A stretch of DNA of 64,000 nucleotides from Patescibacteria group bacterium (GTDB lineage Bacteria > Patescibacteriota > Patescibacteriia > JAXHNJ01), in assembly GCA_034520665.1 (NCBI GenBank), contig JAXHNJ010000001.1, positions 194,579 to 258,578 of the forward strand, written 5' to 3'. How positions within the stretch are numbered: the first letter of the stretch is position 1; each line of letters begins with the position of its first letter. Positions 27,802 to 37,516 of this stretch are shown in pieces. Position numbers and translations under genes: made by a program. Below the pieces are notes generated by a model. That model was not told the origin of the DNA. It saw only the letters and a program-made list of their open reading frames with translations, and ran no database searches.

Positions 27802-28764
27802 GTGCATATACCGGTTTTAAAAAACGAGGTTATAAGATACCTTGATTTAAAATCAGGTGATAATGTCATTGATTTAACAGTCGGTGGCGGGGGGCACGCG
27901 CGGCATATTTTGGCTAGAATAGCTCCGAAAGGAAAGCTGATTGGTTTGGACTGGGATAAAAAAGCCCTGAAAATAGCCAGGGAGAACCTGAAAAAATACA
28001 AAAAAAGAATTAACTTAATCCAGGCCAATTATAAACAAATAAAAAAAATAAAAAATGAACAGTTTAATCTACTTACAATTAATGCTATTTTACTCGACCT
28101 TGGTTTCTCATCAATTACACTCGAGGATAAATCTAGAGGATATTCTTTTCAAACTGATGGGCCACTAGATATGCGCTATAATCCGGCCGAAACCGAAAAA
28201 ACAGCCGCCGGAATATTAAACCATTACTCTCAAAGAAAATTATCTGAGGTGTTCAAAAAATTTGGTGAGGAAAAGTTAGCTGTTCCTATAGCCAGAGAAA
28301 TTGTAAAAAAAAGAAAAAAGAAAAAGTTTAAAACAACAAAAAATTTAGTACAGGCAATAATTAATACCTACAAAGATAAATATAATATAAATAAAAAAGA
28401 ACCTTTTATAAAAAGAAAAGATAAAATACATCCGGCTACTAAGGTTTTTCAAGCTCTGCGCCTTGAAGTTAATGACGAGTTGGATAATCTTAAAAAAGCT
28501 CTACCCCAAACTTTAGAAATTTTGGAAAAAGGAGGTAGACTGGGCGTAATTTCTTTTCATTCACTGGAAGACCGAATAGTTAAAAACTTTTTTAAAAAAG
28601 AGGCAAAAAAATGTATTTGCCCGCCGGAATTTCCGGTTTGTCGCTGTGGCCATGAAAAAAGCCTAAAGATTATAACTAAAAAGCCAGTTAGAGCTTCTGA
28701 AGAAGAAATCAAGAAAAACCCTAAAAGCCGCAGTGCTAAATTAAGGATAGCTGAAAAAATATAG
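27802..28764 (+). CDS. rsmH: 16S rRNA (cytosine1402-N4)-methyltransferase RsmH (MraW)
   Basis: HIPVLKNEVIRYL...DLTVGGGGHARHIL...LLDLGFSS...FHSLEDRIVK motifs. Confidence 0.9.
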   Translation: MHIPVLKNEVIRYLDLKSGDNVIDLTVGGGGHARHILARIAPKGKLIGLDWDKKALKIARENLKKYKKRINLIQANYKQIKKIKNEQFNLLTINAILLDLGFSSITLEDKSRGYSFQTDGPLDMRYNPAETEKTAAGILNHYSQRKLSEVFKKFGEEKLAVPIAREIVKKRKKKKFKTTKNLVQAIINTYKDKYNINKKEPFIKRKDKIHPATKVFQALRLEVNDELDNLKKALPQTLEILEKGGRLGVISFHSLEDRIVKNFFKKEAKKCICPPEFPVCRCGHEKSLKIITKKPVRASEEEIKKNPKSRSAKLRIAEKI

Positions 28765-28791
28765 AAAAAATAAATAAAGAGAAAAATAAAA

Positions 28792-29154
28792 ATGACAAAA
28801 TTTTCCCAGAAATTCCAAAGTCAGAGAAGATCTCGTCTGGCTAAACCGAGCTTTTTAAGTAAGCTAAAAATCAGCCGCCAAAAGCTGAGTGTGGCTTTAT
28901 TTTTATGTTTGATTATTACTGGCTTGGCCTATCTGGCAGTGATTAATAATGTTTCTATCCGAGGCTTTGAAATAAAAGAACTAGAAAAAAGAGTAGGGGA
29001 TTTAAAAGAAGAAAATAAAAATCTGGAAATGAAAACAGCTCAGCTGCAATCTATGGAGGTTATTGCCCAGGCTTCAAAAGGCTTAGACTTAGAGCTGGCA
29101 GAAAAAGTGGAGTATCTGGAAGTGAAAGCTCCCTTTGTGGTTTTGAAAGATTAA
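28792..29154 (+). CDS. FtsL-like cell-division protein (single TM plus coiled coil)
   Basis: 120 aa, one TM (VALFLCLIITGLAYLAVI) followed by a coiled-coil segment. Sits between rsmH and ftsI. Confidence 0.5.
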   Translation: MTKFSQKFQSQRRSRLAKPSFLSKLKISRQKLSVALFLCLIITGLAYLAVINNVSIRGFEIKELEKRVGDLKEENKNLEMKTAQLQSMEVIAQASKGLDLELAEKVEYLEVKAPFVVLKD

Positions 29155-29207
29155 CTTGTTTTTAAAGAATATTTCCGGTAAACTAAAATTTAATATTTTA
29201 ATTTTTT

Positions 29208-30974
29208 ATGGTCTATCGGAATAAGCGAAAAAAAATAAAAAGAGGCAAAAGAATAAAGTACGACCGTATAAATTTTTTAGCGGTGATTGTTTTTATTTTT
29301 GCCTTTTTTTTGATTTTACAACTTTTTAATATACAGGTTTTGCAGCATCCTTTTTATGATGCTTTAGCTAAAGGACAACATAGCCTTTATGAAAAACTTT
29401 TGCCGGAGAGAGGCAGTATTTTTGCTAAAAATTATTTAAAAGATGGAGAAATCTTTCCTTTAGCTACTAATAAAAAAGTAAACTTTATTTACGCCGTGCC
29501 TGAGAAAATCAAGAGCCCCCAAAAAGCAGCGGAAAAATTAGGCCAGTTACTTGATTTGGAGGAGGAGGTAATTTTAGAAAGGCTTTCTAAAAAAGAGGAT
29601 TTATTTGAACCGATTAAACATTTTGTCTCTGATGAAAAATGGGAAGAAGTAAAATCTCTGGAAATTGAGGGTATTGAGGCCCGGGAGGAAACCCAAAGAT
29701 ATTATCCGGAAAATGAGACTGCTTCTCATGTTTTAGGTTATGTTGGCCAGAGAGAGGATTCTGATCAGCCGGTGGGACAATATGGTATTGAAGGTTATTT
29801 TAATCAGGAACTGGCTGGCCAGCAGGGTTACTTAGACACCGAAAAAGACGCGGGTGGCCGCTGGATTACGGTTGGCGGTATGGATATAAAAGAAGCCGTG
29901 GATGGAGATGATCTGGTTTTAACTATTGATCAGACGGTTCAATACACAGCCTGCCAAAAATTAGAAAAATGGGTAAAAAAGCACAAAGCTGATTCCGGGA
30001 CTATGATTATTATGGAGCCTCAAACAGGCAAAATTTTGGCTATGTGCGGATATCCTGACTTTGACCCTAATAATTATAATCAAGTGGAGAATATTGAAGT
30101 TTATAAAAATCCGGCTATTTACAATACCTACGAACCCGGATCAGTTTTTAAAGCCTTTACCATGGCTAGTGCTTTGGATTTGGGCAAGGTGACTCCAGAA
30201 ACCACTTACACCGATACCGGCGAAGAAAAAATCGGGCCTTACACCATTAAAAATTCTGATTTAAAAGCTCATGGTGAGCAGACTATGACTCAAGTTTTGG
30301 AAGAATCTTTAAACACCGGAGCTATTTATGCTATGCGCCAGGTGGGAGAAAAGCTTTTTTATCAATACGTTAAAGATTTTGGTTTTGGTGAGAAAACGGG
30401 CCTAAAAATGGACACTGAACTGGGCGGCAGTATTAATAATTTAAAAAAATACAAGGAAATTTACGCGGCTACCGCTTCTTTTGGTCAGGGTATTACGGTT
30501 ACTCCCTTGCAAATAGTTAATGCTTTTTCGGCTATTGCCAATAAGGGCAAATTAATGAAGCCTTATATAGTTGATGAAATCAGAAAACCGGACGGTTCGA
30601 TAATTAAAAGTCAGCCTGAAGAGATAAGGCAGGTTATTGACCCGAAAACAGCCACTACTTTATCAGCTATGTTGGTTAACGTAGTGGAAAAAGGTCATGG
30701 TAAACGGGCTGGGGTGGATGGTTATTTTGTAGCTGGCAAAACAGGAACATCTCAGGTACCAAAAAAAAACGGGGTCGGTTATGAAGAACATCATACTATT
30801 GGCTCTTTTGCTGGTTTTGCTCCAGCTTCAGACCCAAAATTTGCTATGTTGGTTAAGGTAGACCGGCCGCGTACAGTAGAATGGGCTGCCAGTACAGCGG
30901 CTCCGCTTTTTGGCGAGATGTCAAAATTTTTACTTAATTATTTTTCTATTCCCCCGAGTCGGGATATTGAATAA
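29208..30974 (+). CDS. ftsI: peptidoglycan D,D-transpeptidase FtsI (class B penicillin-binding protein)
   Basis: N-terminal TM. Motifs SVFK (SxxK), SLN (SxN), KTGT. Conserved dcw position. Confidence 0.85.
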   Translation: MVYRNKRKKIKRGKRIKYDRINFLAVIVFIFAFFLILQLFNIQVLQHPFYDALAKGQHSLYEKLLPERGSIFAKNYLKDGEIFPLATNKKVNFIYAVPEKIKSPQKAAEKLGQLLDLEEEVILERLSKKEDLFEPIKHFVSDEKWEEVKSLEIEGIEAREETQRYYPENETASHVLGYVGQREDSDQPVGQYGIEGYFNQELAGQQGYLDTEKDAGGRWITVGGMDIKEAVDGDDLVLTIDQTVQYTACQKLEKWVKKHKADSGTMIIMEPQTGKILAMCGYPDFDPNNYNQVENIEVYKNPAIYNTYEPGSVFKAFTMASALDLGKVTPETTYTDTGEEKIGPYTIKNSDLKAHGEQTMTQVLEESLNTGAIYAMRQVGEKLFYQYVKDFGFGEKTGLKMDTELGGSINNLKKYKEIYAATASFGQGITVTPLQIVNAFSAIANKGKLMKPYIVDEIRKPDGSIIKSQPEEIRQVIDPKTATTLSAMLVNVVEKGHGKRAGVDGYFVAGKTGTSQVPKKNGVGYEEHHTIGSFAGFAPASDPKFAMLVKVDRPRTVEWAASTAAPLFGEMSKFLLNYFSIPPSRDIE

Positions 30975-30976
30975 AA

Positions 30977-32350
30977 ATGAAAAGATTACTAAAAAAAATA
31001 TTAGAAAAAAAACTGCGTTTTTTTTCAAAGCGTATTTTAAATAAATATGAGCCGGATGTTATTGGAGTTACTGGCTCAGTCGGTAAAACTTCAACTAAAG
31101 AGGCTATTTTTACCGTCTTATCGGGCAAGTTTTCCGTGCGACAGAGCCAGGGCAATTACAATAATGAAATAGGAGTACCTTTAACCATTATTGGTTATCA
31201 TTCTCCGGGCCGGTCAGTATTTGGCTGGCTGGCTGTATTTTTTAAAGCCTTTAAATTATTGCTTTGGCATCACCCTTATCCTAAAGTACTAGTTTTAGAA
31301 ATGGCGGCTGATAAACCGGGTGATATTGAATATTTAACCCAGTTTATACCGTTAAATGTAGGAATAGTTACGGCGGTGGCTCCGGTTCACACTGAGTTTT
31401 TTAAAACTTTAAAAAATATTGCCAAAGAAAAATCTTCCATTATTAAAAATTTACCGCCAGACGGTTTTGCTCTAATCAACGCTGATGACGAGTTGGTTTT
31501 ACCAATGAAAGAAAAAACTAAAGCTAGTGTTTCTACCTATGGTTTGTCAAAAGAAGCCGAGGTACAGGCTTCGGAAATAAACCTAAGCTATGGGCAGGAG
31601 CAGAAGATAGATGGTTTAAAAAGAAGCGAGATAAAGGGTTTAAGTTTTAAAATAAAATATAACGGCTCCACGGCTCCTTTCTTTTTACCCGGAGTAGTCG
31701 GCGAGCACCAAGTCTATACCGCTTTAGTAGCGGCCGCTGTTAGTTTAGCCTATGGTCTTAATCTGGTGACTATAGCTAACCGTTTAAAAGAATATCACTC
31801 TCCTCCCGGACGGATGAATTTATTGCCGGGCATTAAAGGCACTTTAATTATTGACGACAGTTATAATTCTTCGCCCAAGGCCTCTCTGGCTGCTTTAGAA
31901 GTTTTGGGTAAGATAAATTTGGGCCAGGATATGCCTCGGGCCGTTAAACCCAAAGCTATGAAAAAGTTGCCTCGTGGCAGTAAAAGGTTTTTAAAGTTTG
32001 CTGCCTTGGGAGATATGGCTGAACTGGGCGAATTTACTCAAGAGGGACACGCTATGGTTGGTCAAAAAGTAGTCGGGGTGGCTGATATTTTAATCACGGT
32101 GGGTCAAAAGGCTAAGATTATAGCCAAGGAAGCTTTAAAAAGAGGTATGCATGAGATGCAGATTTTTTCTTTTGACTATGCTGACCAAGCCGCGCGATTT
32201 CTTCAGGACAGAATTCATAAAGGCGATATTATTTTAATTAAAGGCTCGCAGGTTTCCCGTATGGAAAAAGTAGTCAAAGAAATTATGGCCCAGCCTATGA
32301 AAGCTGATGAGTTATTGGTTCGTCAGGGGGAAAGCTGGCAGGAGGAATAA
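30977..32350 (+). CDS. murF: UDP-N-acetylmuramoyl-tripeptide--D-alanyl-D-alanine ligase MurF
   Basis: GVTGSVGKTSTKE P-loop, Mur-ligase middle and C-terminal domains. Follows ftsI. Confidence 0.8.
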   Translation: MKRLLKKILEKKLRFFSKRILNKYEPDVIGVTGSVGKTSTKEAIFTVLSGKFSVRQSQGNYNNEIGVPLTIIGYHSPGRSVFGWLAVFFKAFKLLLWHHPYPKVLVLEMAADKPGDIEYLTQFIPLNVGIVTAVAPVHTEFFKTLKNIAKEKSSIIKNLPPDGFALINADDELVLPMKEKTKASVSTYGLSKEAEVQASEINLSYGQEQKIDGLKRSEIKGLSFKIKYNGSTAPFFLPGVVGEHQVYTALVAAAVSLAYGLNLVTIANRLKEYHSPPGRMNLLPGIKGTLIIDDSYNSSPKASLAALEVLGKINLGQDMPRAVKPKAMKKLPRGSKRFLKFAALGDMAELGEFTQEGHAMVGQKVVGVADILITVGQKAKIIAKEALKRGMHEMQIFSFDYADQAARFLQDRIHKGDIILIKGSQVSRMEKVVKEIMAQPMKADELLVRQGESWQEE

Positions 32351-32382
32351 AGTTCATATAAAATTTATTTAATTTATCAAAA

Positions 32383-32405
32383 GCGGGTAATCCCCGGTTT
32401 TTTAA
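32383..32405 (+). terminator. putative intrinsic terminator after murF
   Basis: gcgggtaatccccgg stem followed by tttttt. Confidence 0.45.
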
Positions 32406-32473
32406 GTTTGATTAATTAATCAAAAATAGCTATAATTAAGGCATAATTTTATACGGTTCAAAACTTTCACAAT

Positions 32474-32532
32474 TTCGTATAATAAACAAATTTGAGGTGA
32501 TTATACGAAATCAATTTGTATAATAATGAGTT
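32474..32532 (+). repeat. 59-bp palindromic element, copy 1 of 3 (also 50821..50879 and 60415..60473)
   Basis: ttcgtataat-aaacaaatttgaggtg-attatacgaa (10-bp inverted repeat around a 16-nt spacer) followed by atcaatt-tgtataataatgagtt (a third half-site). Confidence 0.7.
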
Positions 32533-32641
32533 AAGTCGAATTTTTTCTTCTGCTAAAAATTTAAATCTCTAATATATATTTCCCACGCAAAGAAGCGCGC
32601 TAACTACAAACTTAATTGAAGTTTTAGAAACCTTTATAAGA

Positions 32642-33238
32642 TTGAGTAAATTAAACTATTATATGAACAAAACATTATATATTTTAATTGGAGTAATCTT
32701 AATTGTAGCTTCTTTCTATATAGGCTATACAATTAAAAGTCCTACATCTGCATCACAAGAAATACAAAATCTTAAAAATCAAATAACAAATTTACAGCAA
32801 CAAAATAGCCAATTGCAATCTAATGTAAAAGAGCTGCAAAACCAACTTCAAAATGAAAATGGCTCCGAGAATTCTCAAGATTCAAATACTGGAGCAAAGG
32901 GAAACATTGAATATGGTAAGGGGGATTGTATGCCTTGTGTCTGTGCAGATGAAGATTGTACTGGATGCCCAGAAAGAACTTATTCTGATTTTAGTGGTGA
33001 TATTTATTTTATTCTAAAAAGTGATTTAGATACTTTGGGAGATGGTGATTTTGATAACTTAATTGAATCTAGTGCTAAAACTCTGGTTACTAATGGGAAT
33101 TATGAAATCAGTTTGGCTCCTGGAGAATATTTCGTTATGCCAAGAGATGTTTATCAGTATGATAAAAATTTCATAAATATTTCTTCAGGGAATATGGTGG
33201 AGAAAGACTTCAAATTCTTTAAATGTACTTCATATTAA
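32642..33238 (+). CDS. cassette ORF: N-terminally anchored coiled-coil/Cys-containing protein, unknown function
   Basis: 198 aa. TM near N-terminus, Q/N-rich coiled coil, CxCxxxxCxxC cluster. Confidence 0.45.
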   Translation: MSKLNYYMNKTLYILIGVILIVASFYIGYTIKSPTSASQEIQNLKNQITNLQQQNSQLQSNVKELQNQLQNENGSENSQDSNTGAKGNIEYGKGDCMPCVCADEDCTGCPERTYSDFSGDIYFILKSDLDTLGDGDFDNLIESSAKTLVTNGNYEISLAPGEYFVMPRDVYQYDKNFINISSGNMVEKDFKFFKCTSY

Positions 33239-33356
33239 ATTAGAGCGCGCTCCCCACCCCAAGATAAGAGATTTAAATTTTTTAAACGCAGAAGAAAAAA
33301 CTCCTTCGCTTTGCTCGGTGACGCCTTGCAGGCTCTCGACATAAATGCCTCACACG

Positions 33357-33442
33357 ACTTAACAGCGATTATCTGGAATTTTCCTGCGAAAAATCCCAAA
33401 ATTCTGCTACGCAGAACTTCAGATAATCGCGATATATTAGAC
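33357..33442 (+). repeat. attC-like site
   Basis: R''-like ACTTAAC, L'' GCGATTATCTG ... L' CAGATAATCGC, R'-like ATTAGAC. Confidence 0.5.
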
Positions 33443-33495
33443 GAAATGCGAGCGAGCTGATTGATTTATAAATAGAATATGCTTTAAAATAATTT

Positions 33496-34041
33496 ATGAT
33501 GAAAATTATTATGGATTCAAAAATTAAGATCTTAATGGGATTTTTGATTATTGGAATTATTCTAATTGGTGTATTGTGGATTTTGAGTAACCGACCATCG
33601 GAAAATGTCCCCAATGAAGAAACATACAAAAAAGGCGAAAGTATAACATTTAAGATAGATGATAATGTTCAAATTTGCACCGATGATTTGCCTTTCTCTA
33701 TAATTAAATTTAATGAAGAGTCGGTAAAATTAAAACATTCCTGTATAGGAGAAATAGGTTCGGGTTTTGATCAATATTGTGAGAATGGGAAAATGGTTTT
33801 AAAACCAGTTTATCAACTTTGTGATTTCCTAGAGAAATGGTGTCGGGGTTGTAACGATGCACTTACTTGTCGGAATAAATTTATTCATGAAACATTTGTG
33901 TGGGATCAAAAGGAATATGTTGAAACAACTGAAGAATGTGAAGGCAAAATCATTCATAGAGAATTAAAAAAGCAGGTTCCAGAGGGTAAGTATCAAATTA
34001 TTGTAGACGGAAAGATTATCAAAGAATTTACAATAAAATAA
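33496..34041 (+). CDS. cassette ORF: N-terminally anchored Cys-rich protein, unknown function
   Basis: 181 aa, one N-terminal TM, 10 Cys. Confidence 0.45.
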   Translation: MMKIIMDSKIKILMGFLIIGIILIGVLWILSNRPSENVPNEETYKKGESITFKIDDNVQICTDDLPFSIIKFNEESVKLKHSCIGEIGSGFDQYCENGKMVLKPVYQLCDFLEKWCRGCNDALTCRNKFIHETFVWDQKEYVETTEECEGKIIHRELKKQVPEGKYQIIVDGKIIKEFTIK

Positions 34042-34095
34042 AATTTATGACGGCTCGCTCGCACTTAAAACCCTTCGGATTTTGCCCTTCGGGTC

Positions 34096-34172
34096 GTCTA
34101 ACAAGGGCTATACGGCTACGGCTTTCAGCTTTCGCCCAAATTTCGACTTCGTCAAAACTTCGTATAGCCCAA
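34096..34172 (+). repeat. attC-like site
   Basis: GTCTAAC-aa-GGGCTATACG ... CGTATAGCCC-aatac-GTTATAT: R''/L''...L'/R' organisation with a perfect 10-bp L''/L' pair. Confidence 0.55.
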
Positions 34173-34249
34173 TACGTTATATGAAATTGCGGGGCTATAA
34201 CAAATTTTTGCAAAAGTTTTATTAACCTATACAAAATAACTACAATATT

Positions 34250-34705
34250 ATGAAGAAGAAAATCCTAATCACAACAATCACCATTTTATTAGTAGCTTCT
34301 ATTACAATTATATATTTCTTTTTTGCCAATCAAAATCAATTACCAATATCGAAAAATGTGTCTCGGAATGTTTTAGAGATATGCAAAGAAAAAAGTAAAA
34401 TAGAGTGTCATGGCAATTGCATGGATGGTTTTGCAGAAATTGGATATTTTGATTCGCGAAAATATAGTAAACAAGACTTTTTAGATACTCCCGAGGAACT
34501 CTACAAAACATATGGGGAAAAAAGAGAAATGATCCTTGCTTCTCATTACCAAAGCAGCTGTGATCCTTGTGGAAACAAATTTGAGCTTAATAAAAATGGT
34601 GTTTTTCAAGAGGTTTCTTGTGAAGAATTTTTTGAAACAATTGAAAATATTAATAAATCCTGCAATGGTTGTGTGAACACAATATATTTACAAATTAGTG
34701 GATAG
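34250..34705 (+). CDS. cassette ORF: N-terminally anchored Cys-rich protein, unknown function
   Basis: 151 aa, N-terminal TM, 11 Cys. Confidence 0.45.
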   Translation: MKKKILITTITILLVASITIIYFFFANQNQLPISKNVSRNVLEICKEKSKIECHGNCMDGFAEIGYFDSRKYSKQDFLDTPEELYKTYGEKREMILASHYQSSCDPCGNKFELNKNGVFQEVSCEEFFETIENINKSCNGCVNTIYLQISG

Positions 34706-34784
34706 TAAAAATCCTGGCCCGGCAACTCTCCCTCACATCTTCGCTGTTCGGTCGGCACGCTGCACTCTCGCTATCGCTCGGCTC

Positions 34785-34874
34785 ACTTAACACGGCTTAT
34801 GCGGAAACCTCGTTGCACTTCGGTTTCCCAAATGCTCACTACGTTCGCACTTCGCATAAGCCGATACGTTAGGC
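34785..34874 (+). repeat. attC-like site
   Basis: ACTTAAC-ac-GGCTTATGCG ... CGCATAAGCC-gatac-GTTAGGC: a perfect 10-bp L''/L' pair. R' is GTTAGGC. Confidence 0.55.
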
Positions 34875-34919
34875 GATGTTGTGCTGATTTTATCCAGTAT
34901 ATAACCTAAATAAAGAAAC

Positions 34920-35504
34920 ATGAATAAATTTATCCTAGTCATTATTATCATCATTATTGGAGTGGGTATTTGGTGGTGGCAACAATCTGCCAATACTGTC
35001 ATTACGAATACTGGCTGGCTGACATATGAGAATAGAGATTACAATTTTGAACTGCAATATCCAAATGACTGGACCCCTCAAGAGTCGTCTTATGACGATA
35101 TAAATACTGAAGAAAACAAATGGGAACCCAAATATTGGGAAGATTGGAAGGTGGTAAAAAAGATATCTTTCAACACTAGTGTTGAATTTTTTTATCTTGA
35201 TGTTTATATCATGGATCAGAGTATTGAAAGTGTGCTAGACAAGGTAGGAAAAAATCATAGCAATTCGCCCTTTCAGCCTTCCTTAGAGGAAATAAAAATT
35301 AACGCCAATCAAGCTTATGTTACATCTGTTTGCGATTTGGGTTGTTGTTCTAAAGATGTTTATATTGCCAAAGATGAAAATACTACTATACAAATTGCTA
35401 GGGGAGCTGTTTGTAGCGTAGGATCAGAAGAAAATATACAAAAAGCTGAAAACAATACAAATACTTTTGAGCAAATTCTGACTACTTTTAAATTTGCGAA
35501 ATAA
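34920..35504 (+). CDS. cassette ORF: N-terminally anchored protein, unknown function
   Basis: 194 aa, N-terminal TM, W-rich. Confidence 0.45.
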   Translation: MNKFILVIIIIIIGVGIWWWQQSANTVITNTGWLTYENRDYNFELQYPNDWTPQESSYDDINTEENKWEPKYWEDWKVVKKISFNTSVEFFYLDVYIMDQSIESVLDKVGKNHSNSPFQPSLEEIKINANQAYVTSVCDLGCCSKDVYIAKDENTTIQIARGAVCSVGSEENIQKAENNTNTFEQILTTFKFAK

Positions 35505-35520
35505 AAATCAGCACAATATC

Positions 35521-35583
35521 GCCTAACAGCGTATATATGTTATTCCACTTCGCTCCACGGCGCATGATACGCAAACGTTAGAT
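35521..35583 (+). repeat. attC-like site (short)
   Basis: GCCTAAC-AGCGTATATATG ... CATGATACGCaaac-GTTAGAT. The upstream 16 nt (aaatcagcacaatatc) are the reverse complement of 34875-34890, the 5' end of this cassette. Confidence 0.55.
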
Positions 35584-35652
35584 GAAATAATTAAATTCTT
35601 TTGGCTATCGCCAAAAATTATTGGAACAAATTTTTATTTTATTTTTTAAGAT

Positions 35653-36711
35653 ATGAACAAGAATCAAATTATAACATTATCAGGATATAGCATCATTCAT
35701 GGAATTATAGATTTGTGCTGTGCGATAGTTGTTTTTAGTACATTGCTATATCATGGTTATGACGCAAGTGATGTTTTTATTTTTGTTGTGGCTTACAATA
35801 TAATTGCTTTTGGATTACAAGCACCTTTTGGATTGTTAGTGGATAAGTATCAAGTTCCTAAAGAAAGCGCATTTATTGGTTGTACTTTGGTTTTGTCTTC
35901 TTTTTTCCTATTCAACATTCCAGCTTTAGTGATAATACTATCTGGACTAGGGAATGCTTTTTTTCATGTTGGCGGAGGAAGCATTAGTTTGAATTTCAAT
36001 CCACAAAAAGCAACCGCTCCTGGAATTTTTGTTGCGCCGGGTGCGTTAGGACTGACAATTGGAATTTTGATTGGCAAAAGTGGCTCATTTATTTTTTGGC
36101 CTTTTGCATTACTACTTATTTCTTCATGTCTATTTATTATTTTTAGTAAAATTCCAGAGATTAATTATCAAAAAATATCAACTAAACCTAAAATAAATTA
36201 TTTTGAATTGGTAATACTATTGCTCTTGCTATCCGTATCAATAAGAGCATTATATGGTCTGACCGCTGTTTTCGCCTGGAAAGCAAATATTGCCTTGCTG
36301 TTTTCTCTAACTATTGCAGTAGTCGCCGGAAAAGCTTTAGGTGGTTTTTTGGCTGATAAATTTGGTTGGATAAAAACTGCTATTTTTGCTCTAATAATTT
36401 CCGCTCCCTTGCTTTCTTTTTTTCAAGGATCACCAATACTTGCAATAATAGGTGCATTCTTATTTCAAATTACTATGCCGATAACTTTAACAGCATTATC
36501 AAATATGCTTCCAGGCAGATCAGCTACCGCTTTTGGTTTAACAGTTTTGGCCTTAATAATCGGTGCCATTCCCGTTTATTTGGGGGCTAAGTCATTTTTA
36601 AGTACTCAATGGATTGCATTAATAATAATCATAATTTCAGCAAGTTCGCTACTTATTAGTTTTAAATTTCTGTATAATTATTTTAAAGGTCAACTCAAAA
36701 TAAATTTATAA
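35653..36711 (+). CDS. cassette ORF: polytopic membrane protein (MFS-transporter-like, ~10-12 TM)
   Basis: 352 aa, almost entirely hydrophobic helices with short loops. Confidence 0.4.
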   Translation: MNKNQIITLSGYSIIHGIIDLCCAIVVFSTLLYHGYDASDVFIFVVAYNIIAFGLQAPFGLLVDKYQVPKESAFIGCTLVLSSFFLFNIPALVIILSGLGNAFFHVGGGSISLNFNPQKATAPGIFVAPGALGLTIGILIGKSGSFIFWPFALLLISSCLFIIFSKIPEINYQKISTKPKINYFELVILLLLLSVSIRALYGLTAVFAWKANIALLFSLTIAVVAGKALGGFLADKFGWIKTAIFALIISAPLLSFFQGSPILAIIGAFLFQITMPITLTALSNMLPGRSATAFGLTVLALIIGAIPVYLGAKSFLSTQWIALIIIIISASSLLISFKFLYNYFKGQLKINL

Positions 36712-36727
36712 TTTAATCATAATAACT

Positions 36728-37009
36728 ATGAAAAAATTAAAAACAGTTCTAACAACCTTTTTCGTCTTTAGTATTTTCTCATTAATGTCCACTCAAAAAG
36801 CCTTAGCAGACTTAGTGCCGATAAATTATGGAGATGATACACCTTACGGACCAAACGTTAATTCAAACCCAGAGCCAAACGTTAATTCAAGCCCAGAGCC
36901 AAAAACATTTATTGATTTAATTGAGCCGCAACACATTATTATTGGCGGAGCGGTATTGGCTGTAGTAATAATATCTTTTGTAGTACTTTTTAAAATGAGA
37001 AAAAAATGA
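36728..37009 (+). CDS. cassette ORF: small secreted protein with C-terminal TM anchor and basic tail
   Basis: Signal peptide, PEPNVNS repeats, C-terminal hydrophobic segment plus KMRKK. Confidence 0.4.
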   Translation: MKKLKTVLTTFFVFSIFSLMSTQKALADLVPINYGDDTPYGPNVNSNPEPNVNSSPEPKTFIDLIEPQHIIIGGAVLAVVIISFVVLFKMRKK

Positions 37010-37341
37010 GATTTGAATACTATTCTTTAGCTCTAATTTTCACTCTAGTAATTGAGTTATCTGTAGCTTATATTTTAGGATTTAGGAATAAAAAAAGCAT
37101 TGTCACGATTATTTCTGCCAATCTTATAACACACCCTTTGCTTTGTTACTTTTTATGGATAAATTCATTTATTTTCATTATTCCTGTTAACTATTTCTCA
37201 ATTGTTGTTTTAGAAATATTGGTTATATTATTAGAATCAGCATTACTATTCTTCGCATTGAAACAACAATATTTAGATATGCTAAAAGTATCATTTGTCA
37301 TAAACACAACCTCTTTCCTTGTTGGATTATTATTATTTTAA
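37006..37341 (+). CDS. cassette ORF: small membrane protein (3 TM)
   Basis: 111 aa, hydrophobic. Start overlaps the upstream stop. Confidence 0.4.
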   Translation: MRFEYYSLALIFTLVIELSVAYILGFRNKKSIVTIISANLITHPLLCYFLWINSFIFIIPVNYFSIVVLEILVILLESALLFFALKQQYLDMLKVSFVINTTSFLVGLLLF

Positions 37342-37422
37342 AATAATTTTTAAATAATAGAAAAATAAAAATAAATTTGCCCAATAATAACTCGCTTACG
37401 CTCGTTGAATTTAATTACATTA

Positions 37423-37516
37423 TATTAACAGCATGTATGAGGCTACGGCTTTTTACAAAAGTCACCACCCAAATTGCTCTCTGCGGTCGCAATTTCTCAA
37501 ATCCCTGACGTTAGGT
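37423..37516 (+). repeat. attC-like site
   Basis: TATTAAC ... GTTAGGT. The internal block ggctacggctttttacaaaagtcaccaccca is homologous to the element at 39942..40035. Confidence 0.45.

Noticed and set aside
33369-33629. 86-aa minus-strand ORF
   Set aside because: Overlaps an attC-like element and the start of a + strand cassette ORF. All real genes in the array are on the + strand.
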